From: Lophium mytilinum
Taxonomy: Eukaryota
Direction of reading: 5' to 3'
Assembly: GCA_010093605.1 (NCBI GenBank)
Contig: MU004181.1
Location: 2,356,001-2,420,000 of the forward strand
Length of the DNA stretch: 64,000 nt
The position numbers and the translations under genes were made by a program. Below are positions 33,484 through 45,329 of the stretch, piece after piece; the stretch's first letter is position 1; each line of letters begins with the position of its first letter. A model generated the notes under the pieces. It was not told the DNA's origin. It saw only the letters and a program-made list of their open reading frames with translations, and did not search any database.

Positions 33484-35513
33484 TCAACGGCTGTTCCACT
33501 CCCAAACTTCTTCCAGCTGGGACCTAGCCGCTTTAGTAGGCCATCCATGCCGAGTTTCAGTTTTGATCAGCATTTCTCGAAGCTGTGACTGATCTTGACG
33601 ATTTGTGAAACGATCTCCCACTGATGGACGTTAGTGCTTGAATTTTGATGATACAGAATTCGAGTATACTGACCAAGCGCTATCGCAAAGCACGCGACCA
33701 AGCTAGCGGGAAATGCCCTCTCGTTAGAAAGGGCAACGCCAACAAGAGTGCGGACGTCCTCCTGAACTTGAATCTGAAATCTGATTTAGTGACTAGTTGG
33801 TTGAGGGATTGATCTGGTGGCAGGCGTACATCTACTTCCATCTTGGCTTTCTTATGCGCCGGCCCGAGTTGTGGAATGGTGGGATTGTGGACTACGAGAA
33901 GAACACGACCTAGGATGTTGTATTGCCGCCCCATGACTACCTCCGCATTAGCTTAGAATTAGCATTAAGAGTATGAGTAACTTACCGTGCGCATCGGCGT
34001 GGCAACGGATATCCGGAAAATTACGACCACTACCATCTCGATCTCGTTGATGGAAAAACTCGATGAATGAGTCGGGCCTCCGCCTCCTCCATGACTCATT
34101 CTCCTCCATAAGTCGGTTGAATCGTGATACAGAATGCTTTCCCTCGCCGAACGCAAAGTGTATGACGTCTCCAACGTGGGCTATCGTTCGGTCAGCCCAC
34201 GTGGAGTCATTAGCAGGTTCAATGGATCTGTCTGCTTCAAAGATATGCAGTTGAAAGGGTCTCTGGGTCATCAAAGATATCCAAAGCTCTTGCCGAAAGG
34301 CTGCCCAATAAATTGCTTGTCGAAAGCTCGTGTCGACTGGATTCAGATCATATCGCCGCTGGACTGCTCGAAGGATAGCGTGGGTGCCAAACAAATGACT
34401 TCGAGGATCATCACCAGTTATTGGGATATTGAGTTCCTCAAGAAGTCTGAGAATGATCGTAGCTGCAAGAAGAGATTCGTCATTGATTGCGACGCTGTCA
34501 TTTAAGGCTGGAATGAGTGTCTGGAGGCAGATTTGGTAATAGCGGTCCGCTACGAATGTGTCGAATGACGATGTTCGACTTAGGTGGCGAGCTGATAAAG
34601 CCATTATAGCGTTGAAGAGTGTAATATTAGTTCTAGCTCTTTGAGGAACTTCAAACGTGAAGTGCTTCTGGGCATCGCACATATCAAACTAGTCTTCTGG
34701 TCAGTCATAGCACATATGTTTCTACTCAAAGGTGATGTAGGCGTAATACGTACGAAAAGAGCAACATGGTCAATATAATGACCCATCAACATTGCTTCTT
34801 GATCATTTTCAAGAGGCCAAAATCCAGCAGGGGTAGTACTGTGGTGGCCACTTGGTGGACGGCTCCTTGCAAGGTGCTCATCGCTACCGTGACGTGCTAT
34901 TACATTCGCTGGGGAGTTTGAGATGGACGAAGGCGTTCTACTCAGCACGTCTAGCCGGATAGGGGACTCCGAATTGAGTAAAGACGAAACCGGAATGACT
35001 TCAGCAGATGTGACCGTGCCAACGGGGCTGTCACTAAAAGCTTGAAATCCGAGGGGTGGAGACTCTCTGCTTGGTGCCACGAATCCAGGCTCCTCAACCC
35101 CATGTCAGCGCAACTCAAAACTGGAGTCCCAAGCTACTGACATATTGCGACCGGACGTCGTCAGTCTCATCGAAGAAATCGACTCAACTTCATGTCAGCG
35201 TAGCCCAAACTGGAGTCCCAAGCTACTGACTGGTTCGTGGAAGCGCGATCCATTTCTGATCTTTCTTGAATGCCTTTTGAATGGAAGATCGCCTGATTCT
35301 TAGGCCGGTCTCGTAAACACAGCGCTCGCCTGCCTTCTGACATTGATTGCACTTTGGCAACTTGCCATTGCCTGATATTAGGAACTGTTAGCTTCAAAAT
35401 AGCCTAGGTGTGACGACTTTTTCTTACATTTGTGATGACGTACCCGACAACGATTGCTGAAAGAGTCAGCTGCAATAGAGCATCACCGGACGGGTTAACA
35501 CTGACCATGGCAT
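33484..35513 (-). CDS. Zn(II)2Cys6 transcription factor with fungal-specific TF domain; about 9 exons
   Basis: Hand-spliced: MPC|NRCRVRHHKC|NGKLPKCNQCQKAGERCVY...QKWIALPRTI|DFFDETDDVRSQY|EPGF...EAMLMGHYIDHVALF|FDMCD...LAATIILRLLEE...RHGWPT; introns 35457-35505, 35372-35427, 35183-35230, 35093-35141, 34689-34753, 33937-33985, one near 33770-33830, 33621-33673. Confidence 0.9.
35093..35230 (-). repeat. Two near-identical spliceosomal introns (35183-35230 and 35093-35141) flanking a 41-nt exon
   Basis: GTCAGTAGCTTGGGACTCCAGTTT-GGGCTACGCTGACATGAAGTTGAG versus GTCAGTAGCTTGGGACTCCAGTTTTGAGTTGCGCTGACATGGGGTTGAG; 43/49 identical. Confidence 0.88.
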
Positions 35514-35807
35514 CACGATCAAAGGATGAAGTTGGAGCGGGCGGCGTGAATTGCCCTTTGGACGACGAAAGAGATGAATCACGGCTATGGGGATGTCATG
35601 TACGTTGAAAAGTGCGGGGAGACCGAGCCAATGATCGCTGTGCTAACGCAATCGTGTCTTAGCGAGGAAATCCGACCCGCATGCAGGGACTGCATGGCGA
35701 TTGATAAGAAGCTCCGATAATCTATAAATGTATATGTAACATTCAAGAGTGCGAAGTATCGGTAGTGGTATTAAGTTGTAAAGTTCAGATTTCTTTCGCC
35801 TTTCGCT

Positions 35808-36937
35808 ATGCCTCACGCAGAGCAAGTCCCACGCACCCCTGAGTCGCTCTTCGTGAACGACGGTCCTCTAGCAGCGGACCAGGTAGGGTCACTACGAGAG
35901 TCAAACCCAGACCTCCCTCTGGAAGAGCTTCGTCGAAGATATGAAGAAGACGGGTATCTGTTCCTCAAAGGCCTGCTCCCCCGCCAAGACGTCCTCAAAG
36001 CCAGGGAAGAATACTTCAAACTCCTCTCCCCAAGCGGAGTTCTGAAGGATGGCACGGCCCCCGTTGATGGCATATTCGACGACCAGAACGATCCAGGCGA
36101 CTACCCTGGCATTGGTGCCGGCGCTGCAGATGGCAACGGCAAACCTGGCGGACAGAAAGCGGAGAAGTTCGTCGACCTCGCATTGCAAGCTCACTACGAG
36201 ACTTGGTACAAGGAGGACTTTTGCAAGCACCCAGTACTCCGGAATATGATTGCGAAGTTGACAGGATGGGGGGAAAGTACGCTTGGGGTCCGGAGAAGCT
36301 TGCTGCGGAACAATACGCCTGGAAACAAGGCGATTGGGGTTCACTACGACCAGATATTCCTCCGCCATGGCGAGCCAACCAGCGTCACAGCGTGGGTGCC
36401 CATGGGGGATGTGTCTTTGAGTGGTGGGGGTCTCATATACCTTGAGAAAGGTATGGTACGCTGCAAACATCCACACGGACGGTGTTGACTTTTACAGGAT
36501 ACACACTTGGAAGAGAAGTCGAAGACACCTTCACAAAGAAGGCTAGAGAATGTGGCATGTCAGAAGAGGAGGCCAGAAATGCCTTCAATCAGAACATGCT
36601 ATCAACAGGGTTGCTGGCCGATGGTCCTGCGGAATACGCACGCCGGTTCGATCGTCGATGGTTGGTAACTGCGTATGAGGCTGGAGATGTCGTGCTACAT
36701 ACGCCATTTGCGGTAGGTTCGAGAATTGGTTGCACGGAGTTGCACTGACGAGAGATCAGATACACGCTTCGACCATCAACCAGGATCCTCAGAATGTGAT
36801 TAGACTCGGGACTGATCTACGTTTCGTGGACTCCAGTCGGCCATGGGACACTGTATGTTTGCAAACCTTCCATCTCGTTAGAAGCTAATCGATCACAGCG
36901 ATGGGACAAAGATTACTCCTTCAATGATGGCGTCTGA
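35808..36937 (+). CDS. Phytanoyl-CoA dioxygenase (PhyH)-family Fe(II)/2-oxoglutarate oxygenase; 4 exons
   Basis: RRYEEDGYLFLKGLL, HYD iron motif (VHYDQIFLR), TAWVPMGD, YEAGDVVLH, IHASTIN..IRLGTDLRF. Confidence 0.92.
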
Positions 36938-37188
36938 ATACCGAAAGAGCAATATGAATTCTAGGTCTGAGTCATGCTGTTATACTCCGTACTTTTGCTC
37001 CCCGGGGATGAGAGCTCGCTTTCTAGTTAAATCAAGTAAAAGCCAGGTCGTAGTAATATGCAAACGCTCTAGACTCTAAGCATTTCTAACGCCGTTGAGC
37101 TGCAAATGGGTATCCGCTCCTCACCAAATAGTATCGCCTTGTTCCATAATCCAAAAGTACCGCCTTCATTCCAATGGGCCAAACAAAC

Positions 37189-38602
37189 TCATGGTCGACG
37201 CACGAGCATTGGTTGTCTTTTCACGTACTCGATCTTCGTCTCCTGGGTCTGCCTCATCGAAATTCCCCCTTGGCTGTTGTACAAGCTGCTTGTACTATTC
37301 TCGTCGTCCCTTGTACTGCCCCTCGACATTGTGTTCTGCCAATCCGCGGCCTTCTTCTTGCCCTTGAATTTATTCCACCTCCTTTCACTTTTTCTACTAC
37401 TGCTCACGTTGGTCTGCATGTGGCCTTCGGTGCCTGAAGGGACCAACTTCAGTGGCGGCTCATCCCGGTGTCGCGGGTGCTGAGTACGCGAGATGCCCTG
37501 CGAGGCGTCGAGCTCGAAATCCGTGAGACGCATGGTAATGACGCCGGCGTGAAGGCTCGCGAAGAAGTGATTTGTGCGTGGGATGGTTGCGCTGAGTACT
37601 GACAAGTTAATGACAGCTTGTGTCACCATGACGGGGATCCAAGATGCGCGGGTCTGGTCTTCTTTGTGAAGTGCCACTCCCACCAAGACCATCTGAGCGA
37701 CCGCCGTAAAGGAGACTCTGTAGGCATGTTAGCGACTTGGGCCCTGGCAAAATACAAGCGTTTGGATAAGGTATAGGCAAGCTAAAGGGGATCGTACAGT
37801 AACCGAGTGCCAAACAGGGCTATGACGGCTAAGCGCTTGTTCCTGTCGATTAGGACACGCCAGATAGTGGGAAGAAACCATAGAGCCAGAAATGCGTCTG
37901 TCAGAGCATTGCCAATGATAATAGGATATGCGAGATAGCCATGCGTTGGACATTCGCTGGGAGAATAAACCCAGGCGTTGGGTAAGTGGCATTGGAATGA
38001 GACGGCCAACATAGAGAAAATAGCCCAAACGGCGATCATAGCGATGATGCTGTAGAATGTTCGTGGGAATTGCGGAGCTACGCGATCTGCAAGCAGGAAA
38101 AATGATGTTTTTGCGAACGCCATGGATGTGATGCCGACGAATTGGCTGGCAAACATGGCCTTGAAAACAGGAGGCTTAGCATTAGTTTTTCGGTGGAGTG
38201 AGCTGGGAGAGATTACTTTGTAGTATGTATCGAGTTCATGTGGACTAAGGTCTGCGATATGACGGCCGAGGCCGCCGTTCGTGGCTACATGATAGCAAAC
38301 GGAAGTTGCTATGGCGAATACCTGCGACGTTGGCTCAGTACAAGAATAATTCCCACTCCGGTGGTTGCCGTAGTTGTTTGATCTATTCTTCTCGACAAGA
38401 AGAGAGTGTTCTAGGGGCTTACTGCAGCGAGGGAGAAGCTCCAGTCGTCGAGCTTGAACGGCAGGCGCTGCACACGGGCGAAGCTGAAGCGGATGAAGGC
38501 AATGAGGAGGGTCACAAAGGCCCAGGAGTACGCGGATATAATGACAATCGGACCGCGATCTTGGGCACTCAGACGATGCAGCGGTTGGCGGTCGCCGGGC
38601 AT
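37189..38602 (-). CDS. PTH11-like (fungal rhodopsin-domain) integral membrane protein; spliced
   Basis: FKLDDW, GGLGRHIADL, SMAFAKTS, AVSFQCHLPNAW, NALTDAFLALWFLPTIW, NLSVLSATIP. Confidence 0.85.
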
Positions 38603-39748
38603 GTTGTGTAACGCTCAATGGTGCATAGCAGCTGGCAGGCTACCTATCACCAGCCGGCCCAGGGCGGAAAAGGACAAAAGGGCAGGTCGTCAAGGTGTCG
38701 TGGAACACGAGGAATAGCGGTAACGGTACAGCAATATGCGAAAAGGGCACAGGGATGCCAGGGCATTGCAGACGCCGTCTCAGGGCGGGACCTGGGGATT
38801 TTTGGAGCTCGCAGTCGTCAGGCGGTCGTGATGCCCTCCCGGCAGGTTTCGTCCCCCGCTCGGGTCCAGTAGAGATCTTCGCGGGACTCGAGGGAGGGCA
38901 GCGAATAGAAGGGGCCCGCTTGCGGAACCGGATCCGATCCTTCTGCCCTGCGTACGCTATACGCTAGGAAATAGACCGTCGCGAATTCTGGCGAGCTTCG
39001 TCGCAAGCTCCTCGTCCCGGCCCGCCCCTTGAGTGCTCCGTATGGGGTCGGCAGAGCTACTCGTAGTCTCGCCGTGGAAGCGGGCGTGCGCTCGAGGCCT
39101 GAATACAGAGGGCCGTTGGCCGATGGCACAGTTGCAAACTGCACAGAGACGCTCAAGAGAAGAAGAAGACCCTCCCGGCATCCCAAGCATCTGGAATCAA
39201 TCTCGGTAAGCTCCGCATGGCCGCGACAGGCCACGACAGCTCCCCGGTGCGGCCCTTTTTAATTCTCCCGTCTGCAGCTGCAGCGCCTTTGGCGTTCTTG
39301 AAGAGCTCGAGAGGACGACTCTGCATGAGAGTGTCAGCCCATCATTGACAGCAGCCGCGGGAGCCGTGTTTCGAATGGCAGCCCTCCCTGCCCGTCGGGA
39401 TGGCGTGGAGGGGACGCCTCCCGAGCCATGGGCGCGGCCATGGGAACGGCCCTGGCCGCCGTGGCGAGCGCTGAAGAACCTCTCAGCGGGCACTTTTCAA
39501 CGGACTTCGTTCCCCAGCGGTTCTCAGTCGCCGGGACGGTGTGCACCAGCTCGAGCCGTGCATGAGCGCGAGTCCGTCGGCTCGTCTGGGGAGACGGGAG
39601 GCCAGTGTTGCAGTGACTAACGATTTCCGGCTTGCCGGCTTGACTCGTGGGCGTTGGTGCCGCTTATCTGGAGCGCAGTTCTTCTTATTGAACCTGCTGA
39701 TCCTGAACTCTACCACTCCGCTGGAATTCTCGTCTTTTTTTTGGAGCC

Positions 39749-41567
39749 ATGGCGGATGGAAAGGGTGACATTGAATTGGCCACGCACGCCGATGGCGACC
39801 GCACACCGCCCGAGCTCGCCGGAGCACAGGAGACTATATCAGGCACACCTATTGATGCCGACGAGAAGCATGCGCAGCAGCACAACGGCGGCGTGCTCGA
39901 GGTAAGCCCAACGTCAATGGCCCCCAGGTTGCTCCCCAGACACACTGACACTGCTGCAGAGATACATCAACCTCATCTCGGCCATCAATTTTGGCTTTAT
40001 CCTGCAATGTTCCTGGGAAGCAACCGCAGTGACTTTCCAGTTCTCCCTCTCCAATGGCGGACCCGCCGCCATGGTATACGGGAGCTTGTTTGCCGGTATC
40101 GGCACCACCACAATCGCCATGTCCTTGGCTGAGATGGCGTCAATGGACCCTGTGGTTGGTGCACAGTACAGGGTACGTGGACTCTGCACTGCTGTCAACG
40201 CCATCTCTCCATGCTTCATGCTAACACGAGCTGAATAGTGGAGTGCAAGATTTGCCCCTGGGTGGAACGAGTTTTGGGGTTTGATGCAGGGTGTGTACTT
40301 CTCTTCTCATCTATCGTCTGAAACACCGACTGACATCACAAGGCTGGATCACTATATTCGCCTGGATATGCTCTTGCACGTCGAACCCTGCCATTCTCTC
40401 AAACATCATCGTCGGCCTCGCCATCTTCAATTATCCCGACTACGTGCCTGAGAGATGGCACACCACCCTCATCATGTGGGCGTTTACCATCCTGCCGTTC
40501 GTCGCAAACTTCTGGTTCAGACGTCTTCTTAACCCGCTTGAGGCCGTTGGTGCAATCTGTCACGTGCTCTTCTTCATCATCTCCATCATCACCTTGGTGG
40601 TACTAGCAGAACGGAGCACGGTGAGCTACGTGTTCGAAACCTTAACCCACGATGCCAGCGGATGGAACAATGCCGCTGTATCGTGGGGAATAGGCCTACT
40701 CTCCGTGACCTACCCTCTCACAGGTAAGCTTCCTTGATTCGTCGTGACTTGATAAAACGAAAGACTTGCTAATCGCTACTAGGTTTTGACGGCGTTCTCC
40801 ATATGAGTGACGAAGTCAAGCAGGCTAAGACCCGCGTACCCCGTAGTATGATTGCTGCGGTTGCCATGAATGCCATCATGCAGTTCGCATATGTCGTCTG
40901 CCTCCTCTTCACCATCGGGAACATCGACAAAGTTACCAACACCCCAACCGCTCTTCCCATCATCGAAGTCTACTACGAGGCGACTGGCTCGAAGAGCGCC
41001 ACAAACCTGTTCATTGTCATGATCGCCATTATCATATTGATCGCCTTCTTCAATGTATTTGCATCAGTTTCGCGACTAGTCTGGGCCTTCTCAAGAGACA
41101 AGGGACTGCCATTCTCGGGCTTCTTTGGGAAGGTCAACACCCGCCTCAAGATGCCCCTCAATGCGCTCGGTCTTGTCGGACTCGCTATTTGTCTCCTCGC
41201 CATCATCAACATCGGCTCAGCCACCGCTTTTAACGCCTTTATCTCGCTACCCGCGATGGCCCTCTACATATCCTATTTCTTCCCAATCTTGTTCTTCTTC
41301 TTACGCCGATTCTCATCGAACAAGCCCGCCCCTGGTCCATTCAGCCTTGGAGTAGTGGGTCTCCCAATCAATTTGTTCGCCATGTCCTATATCATCTTTA
41401 CCTTTATTTGGATGCCGTTCCCGACCGTCTTGCCGGTCACAGGGGATAACATGAATTATGCTGGACCATTGGTTGGCGCGATTATTATTGGAGCATTGAT
41501 AGACTGGTTCATCAGCGGACGGAAGAGGTTCAAGGTCCCCGTTGCCCGCGAGAGGCCGGACTACTAG
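39749..41567 (+). CDS. Amino acid/polyamine/choline permease (APC superfamily, HNM1/UGA4-like); spliced
   Basis: NGGPAAMVYG, SLAEMASMDPVVGAQY, GFDGVLHMSDEV, SRLVWAFSRDKGLPFS, NMNYAG. Confidence 0.93.
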
Positions 41568-42341
41568 AGGAGTTTGTGTTCTCAGCTCATCTCATGTACA
41601 CGCTCAGACAAAGATCTATGTAGATGTCACGAAATATACCAAGCGAGCTATTTAACCTTAAACTTAACGAAATTCTCGAGTCCAGTCATCGTTGCCGCCT
41701 CCAACTTTCAGCATACTTCTAAGTTCTAGGAAGCGAAATGCACAAGAGCACTCGACTCCACCATCAGGTTTGTTCTTGTTACATCGAGCCGCCCTTTGAT
41801 TCATGGAAGGTGCTCAAGATTCATTGGTATATAACCTACAATAAATAATGCGGGTCTTCACAAGCAAACAAATAGCTGTACGCACATATGAGAACACTAC
41901 CCTCACTCTTCACTTGTCGCGCAACAGCTCTTCACTTCATCACTAGCCAAAATTTGGCCCACGCTGCTGAGTATCAAGGTCACATGACTCTTCTATATTC
42001 GGCTAGGTCCACGTGACCGCCCCATAGAAAATGCAACTACCCGCAGAGCCTCGAAACCTGTGCACATCCACCTATCAGTCTTATCACGGGCTACACGAGC
42101 AGTCTCTTCCGATGATGCGGGGTACCACGGAATCCGCTTGCCACCGGAACGCTCCCACGGTCCCCGCATTGTTCACTATCCGAAGTCGTTTCGCATTAGA
42201 GAAGGGTATAAAGAATGAAGAGCCCGAGCATATTGGTTTTAATTTCCTACATCGTTAGCAATTTCTCAAGAAGCCTTTCGTCAAAGAGGATACACCAGCA
42301 ACGCACTTCCATTCCAATCCAGTTCAATCCCATCACTCACT

Positions 42342-43148
42342 ATGCCCTTCTTCCAACCCTCCATCCTCTCCCTCTTCTACACCGACGACGGCCCCAACAC
42401 AACCACCACCCCACCCCTCCTCCTCCTCCACGGCTACCTCTGCGACTCCCACGACTGGAGCGCCCAAATCCCCGCCCTCCTCACAGCCGGCCACCGCGTC
42501 CTCGCCCTCGACCTACGCGGCCACGGCCGCTCCACTGCGCCCCCGCCCCCCTACTCCCCCCACATCTTCGCCGCCGACATCCTCGCGCTGCTCGCCCACC
42601 TCGCCATCCCCGCCGTCGTGCTCGTCGCGCACTCCATGAGCACCATCACCGCCTCCATCCTCGCGGTCGAGCACCCGGACGTCGTGCGCGCGCTCGTGCT
42701 CGTGCATCCGATCTATGGGATCGTGGGGCCGGCGCTAGGTAGTCTGCTAGAGGAGATGCGTGGCGAGCCCGCGCAGGCGCCGGAAATCGCGGCAAGATTT
42801 TTCGCGGCGGGGATGGAGAGGGATGGGACGCCGGCATGGGTGAGGACGTGGAATCGGCGGAGGGCGTTGGGGTCGGGGCCGGAGGTTGTGGTGGGGTGTA
42901 TGGCCGGGCTTGTGGCGCTGGATGGGACGGTGACGGGGCAGGGTGCTGAGGCGAAGGGATATATGCGGCGCAGGAGGGCGCCGAGGTTGGTGGTTTCCGG
43001 GGTGGAGCTTGCGTTGGCGTGGGAGAGGGAATTGGGGTTGAAGGAGGGAGATGAGGTCAAGGAGGTTAAGCAGGGGACGTTTTTGCATGTGGTGGAGGCG
43101 GCGGTGGTTAACGGGTATATTATTGAGTGGTTAAAGAAGATTGTGTGA
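42342..43148 (+). CDS. Alpha/beta-fold hydrolase, intronless
   Basis: LLLLHG, DLRGHGRS, nucleophile elbow VAHSMS, C-terminal TFLHV; TATAAA at 42207. Confidence 0.9.
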   Translation: MPFFQPSILSLFYTDDGPNTTTTPPLLLLHGYLCDSHDWSAQIPALLTAGHRVLALDLRGHGRSTAPPPPYSPHIFAADILALLAHLAIPAVVLVAHSMSTITASILAVEHPDVVRALVLVHPIYGIVGPALGSLLEEMRGEPAQAPEIAARFFAAGMERDGTPAWVRTWNRRRALGSGPEVVVGCMAGLVALDGTVTGQGAEAKGYMRRRRAPRLVVSGVELALAWERELGLKEGDEVKEVKQGTFLHVVEAAVVNGYIIEWLKKIV

Positions 43149-43216
43149 ACGTCTATAGAAACCGTCGCGGGTCGGTGGCGGACATTCGTACGCATTTTTC
43201 CCGTGGCCCTTTAACT

Positions 43217-45329
43217 TCATTGGGAGGTCAATTCTCGTGTGTAGTAGGCTTGTATTTCTGGCGAGATCGTAGGAAATCTTTCGCTGTCCCGAATGACTTT
43301 CTGCAGCCATAAGAGATTCCAGATGTTATCTTTCTTTGTCTTAGCAACAATTTTCTCGATGTAATTCAACGATATGACTTACCAAAAAAGAGTGGCGATT
43401 CAGTGTTCATGAAGACGGCAAGCTGGCAAACGAGCTTAAACCGCGCAGCCGATCCGGGAGCAGATGCAGCACTGCCCACCATGAGACTTCAGATAAGAGT
43501 CAGCTAGTGATACCACACAGTCCAAAACCATTCAAAACATACATCCACTGATACACGAACGGCATCCGCATCCATGTTTGACTGAGAACCTCCCATCGGT
43601 ATTCGTCTTGGCCCCATAGCAAATCACCCAACGCTTCCACGTCGGCAGTGTTGCTATCACTCTCAAATGGGACAAGTTCCACAGTTGCTCGGTAGAATAT
43701 TTGCGCAGCGATATAGCAAGCTTCTGTTACCTCACGCGGCGTCGTGGTGTCAACGACCTTCGCAGCAAATATCCGGTTTTGCCAACTGACTGGTGACGAC
43801 CCGGGAGGTGAATGGTAGGCGCCTTCTAACCAACACCGGTGTTGGAAGCATGAAAATGCATCGGTAAGGAGGTCCACGAGTCTTTCTGGAAGCGCGAAGT
43901 TGCGCTGCTGCTGTCCTTCGATCGGGCGCGGTTGATACAGGAGCGGAGACCCCAGAAACGTCAGGTTGTTGAACGGTGCTCGATCTGCAATATGCTTGTA
44001 GGGTTGAGGGCTTTCAAAGTCGCTTAGAAGTGGAATGTCGTTGTTGGAGACCGCGTACATGAGGTCGTATCTGCCAGATGAGAATTAATTTAGCCCACCG
44101 TCTTGAATTTGTAACACCACGAAGGCTGCAGGAGTCGGATTAGATCTTACTGGCTAATAGCTCTTGGGAGAATATCTAAGAACAAGTTGCATTCGGAGGT
44201 GTCGGCGGTGATGAGTCGACTGATCTCGCCCAAGCCTATGATGTGTAGCCTGACATCTGGAGCACCTGCAATCATCTGTGTCTAGTTAGACAGTGGACTT
44301 TATAGTAAGAGCGTCGAAGGCTTCGCATGTATACCTCATACCCAGTGAGTTGCATGATAGCAATGACATTGTCGGGGCTCAAAGACTTGGAAGTGTCTGC
44401 GAGATTCTGATTCACCCACCCCAGCAAAGTGCTTTTTGCCTTCAGAACATGCTGTTGTCGAGGCACGCCTTCACCATCAGAATCGCCTAGCTTCAGTGGC
44501 CCTAGGCCTATATGAAGGGTAGTCCAAGCATCAAGCAAGTCATCTCCAGCCTTTGCTAACTGTGGTACTACCGTAGAATAAAATCCTAGCTGGTGCGAGC
44601 GATGAAATGGGAGTGCTCTTTGCCACGGCGTATGCCTAAAAACTGTCCGGTCAGCGTCAGGGGGTTTCCACTATTGGAGGAGAAGGAAGGCAAAGCGCGG
44701 GCGTACATTTATGGAACGAGAGCTCAGTCTTTCGCGTTGGGCTGTCTAAGTGTATGATGGGCGAACTGAAGCGTTGTCGCCCGTGAGCCTGCTCTTGCGA
44801 CCGGCCCGTCGCGGATCGTTTCCGGTTAGGTGCCATAACAGTTTCACGTGGCGTGGCGGGCGATATGTATGGCGTTACGCTCAATGGTTCCACAAGCTTA
44901 TCGTCATTAAGGGCACGCTTTTGGATTAGACAAGCCTCTCCCATGCCAATCAAGTGGAACTCCGCGGGCACACCTAGGCATGAACTGTGCCTTTCTGCAT
45001 CAGGCCATGTTCTAGCCGTCTCAGCTAGTCGTAGGTCTGTATTGACCCGTGACGGTCCACCACCAAAGTCTCTCGGGACAGCACCACAAACTTGAGGATT
45101 AGTCTTTCCCTTCCTTGCTGCTCTTGCCACTTTCGAGACATCGTTAGCGAGAACGGCCAGATATGTGTAAGATGTCGACCCCAGTAGTACCTTTGCAAGG
45201 GGCTGTAGACCAAGGATTTTCCTTTCTGGCACCCCGCATAACATGAGAGCGAATCGTCTGGCGCGTGCCGTCGTCGTCTATACGCCCACTTGACGCACTG
45301 GCGCCCATGTTAATGAATTGGCACTCCAT
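43217..45329 (-). CDS. Fungal-specific transcription-factor-domain protein without an evident Zn cluster; spliced
   Basis: MECQFINMG...TIRSHVMR N-terminal motif, KAKSTLLGWVNQNL, NVIAIMQL, EACYIAAQIFYRA, MPFVYQWI|LMVG; several GT/AG introns; 3' end approximate. Confidence 0.72.

Noticed and set aside
35093..35230. Simple tandem duplication as the origin of the twin introns
   Set aside because: The 41-nt spacer and flanks share no similarity and the homology stops at the splice sites; disfavoured, though gene conversion is not excluded.
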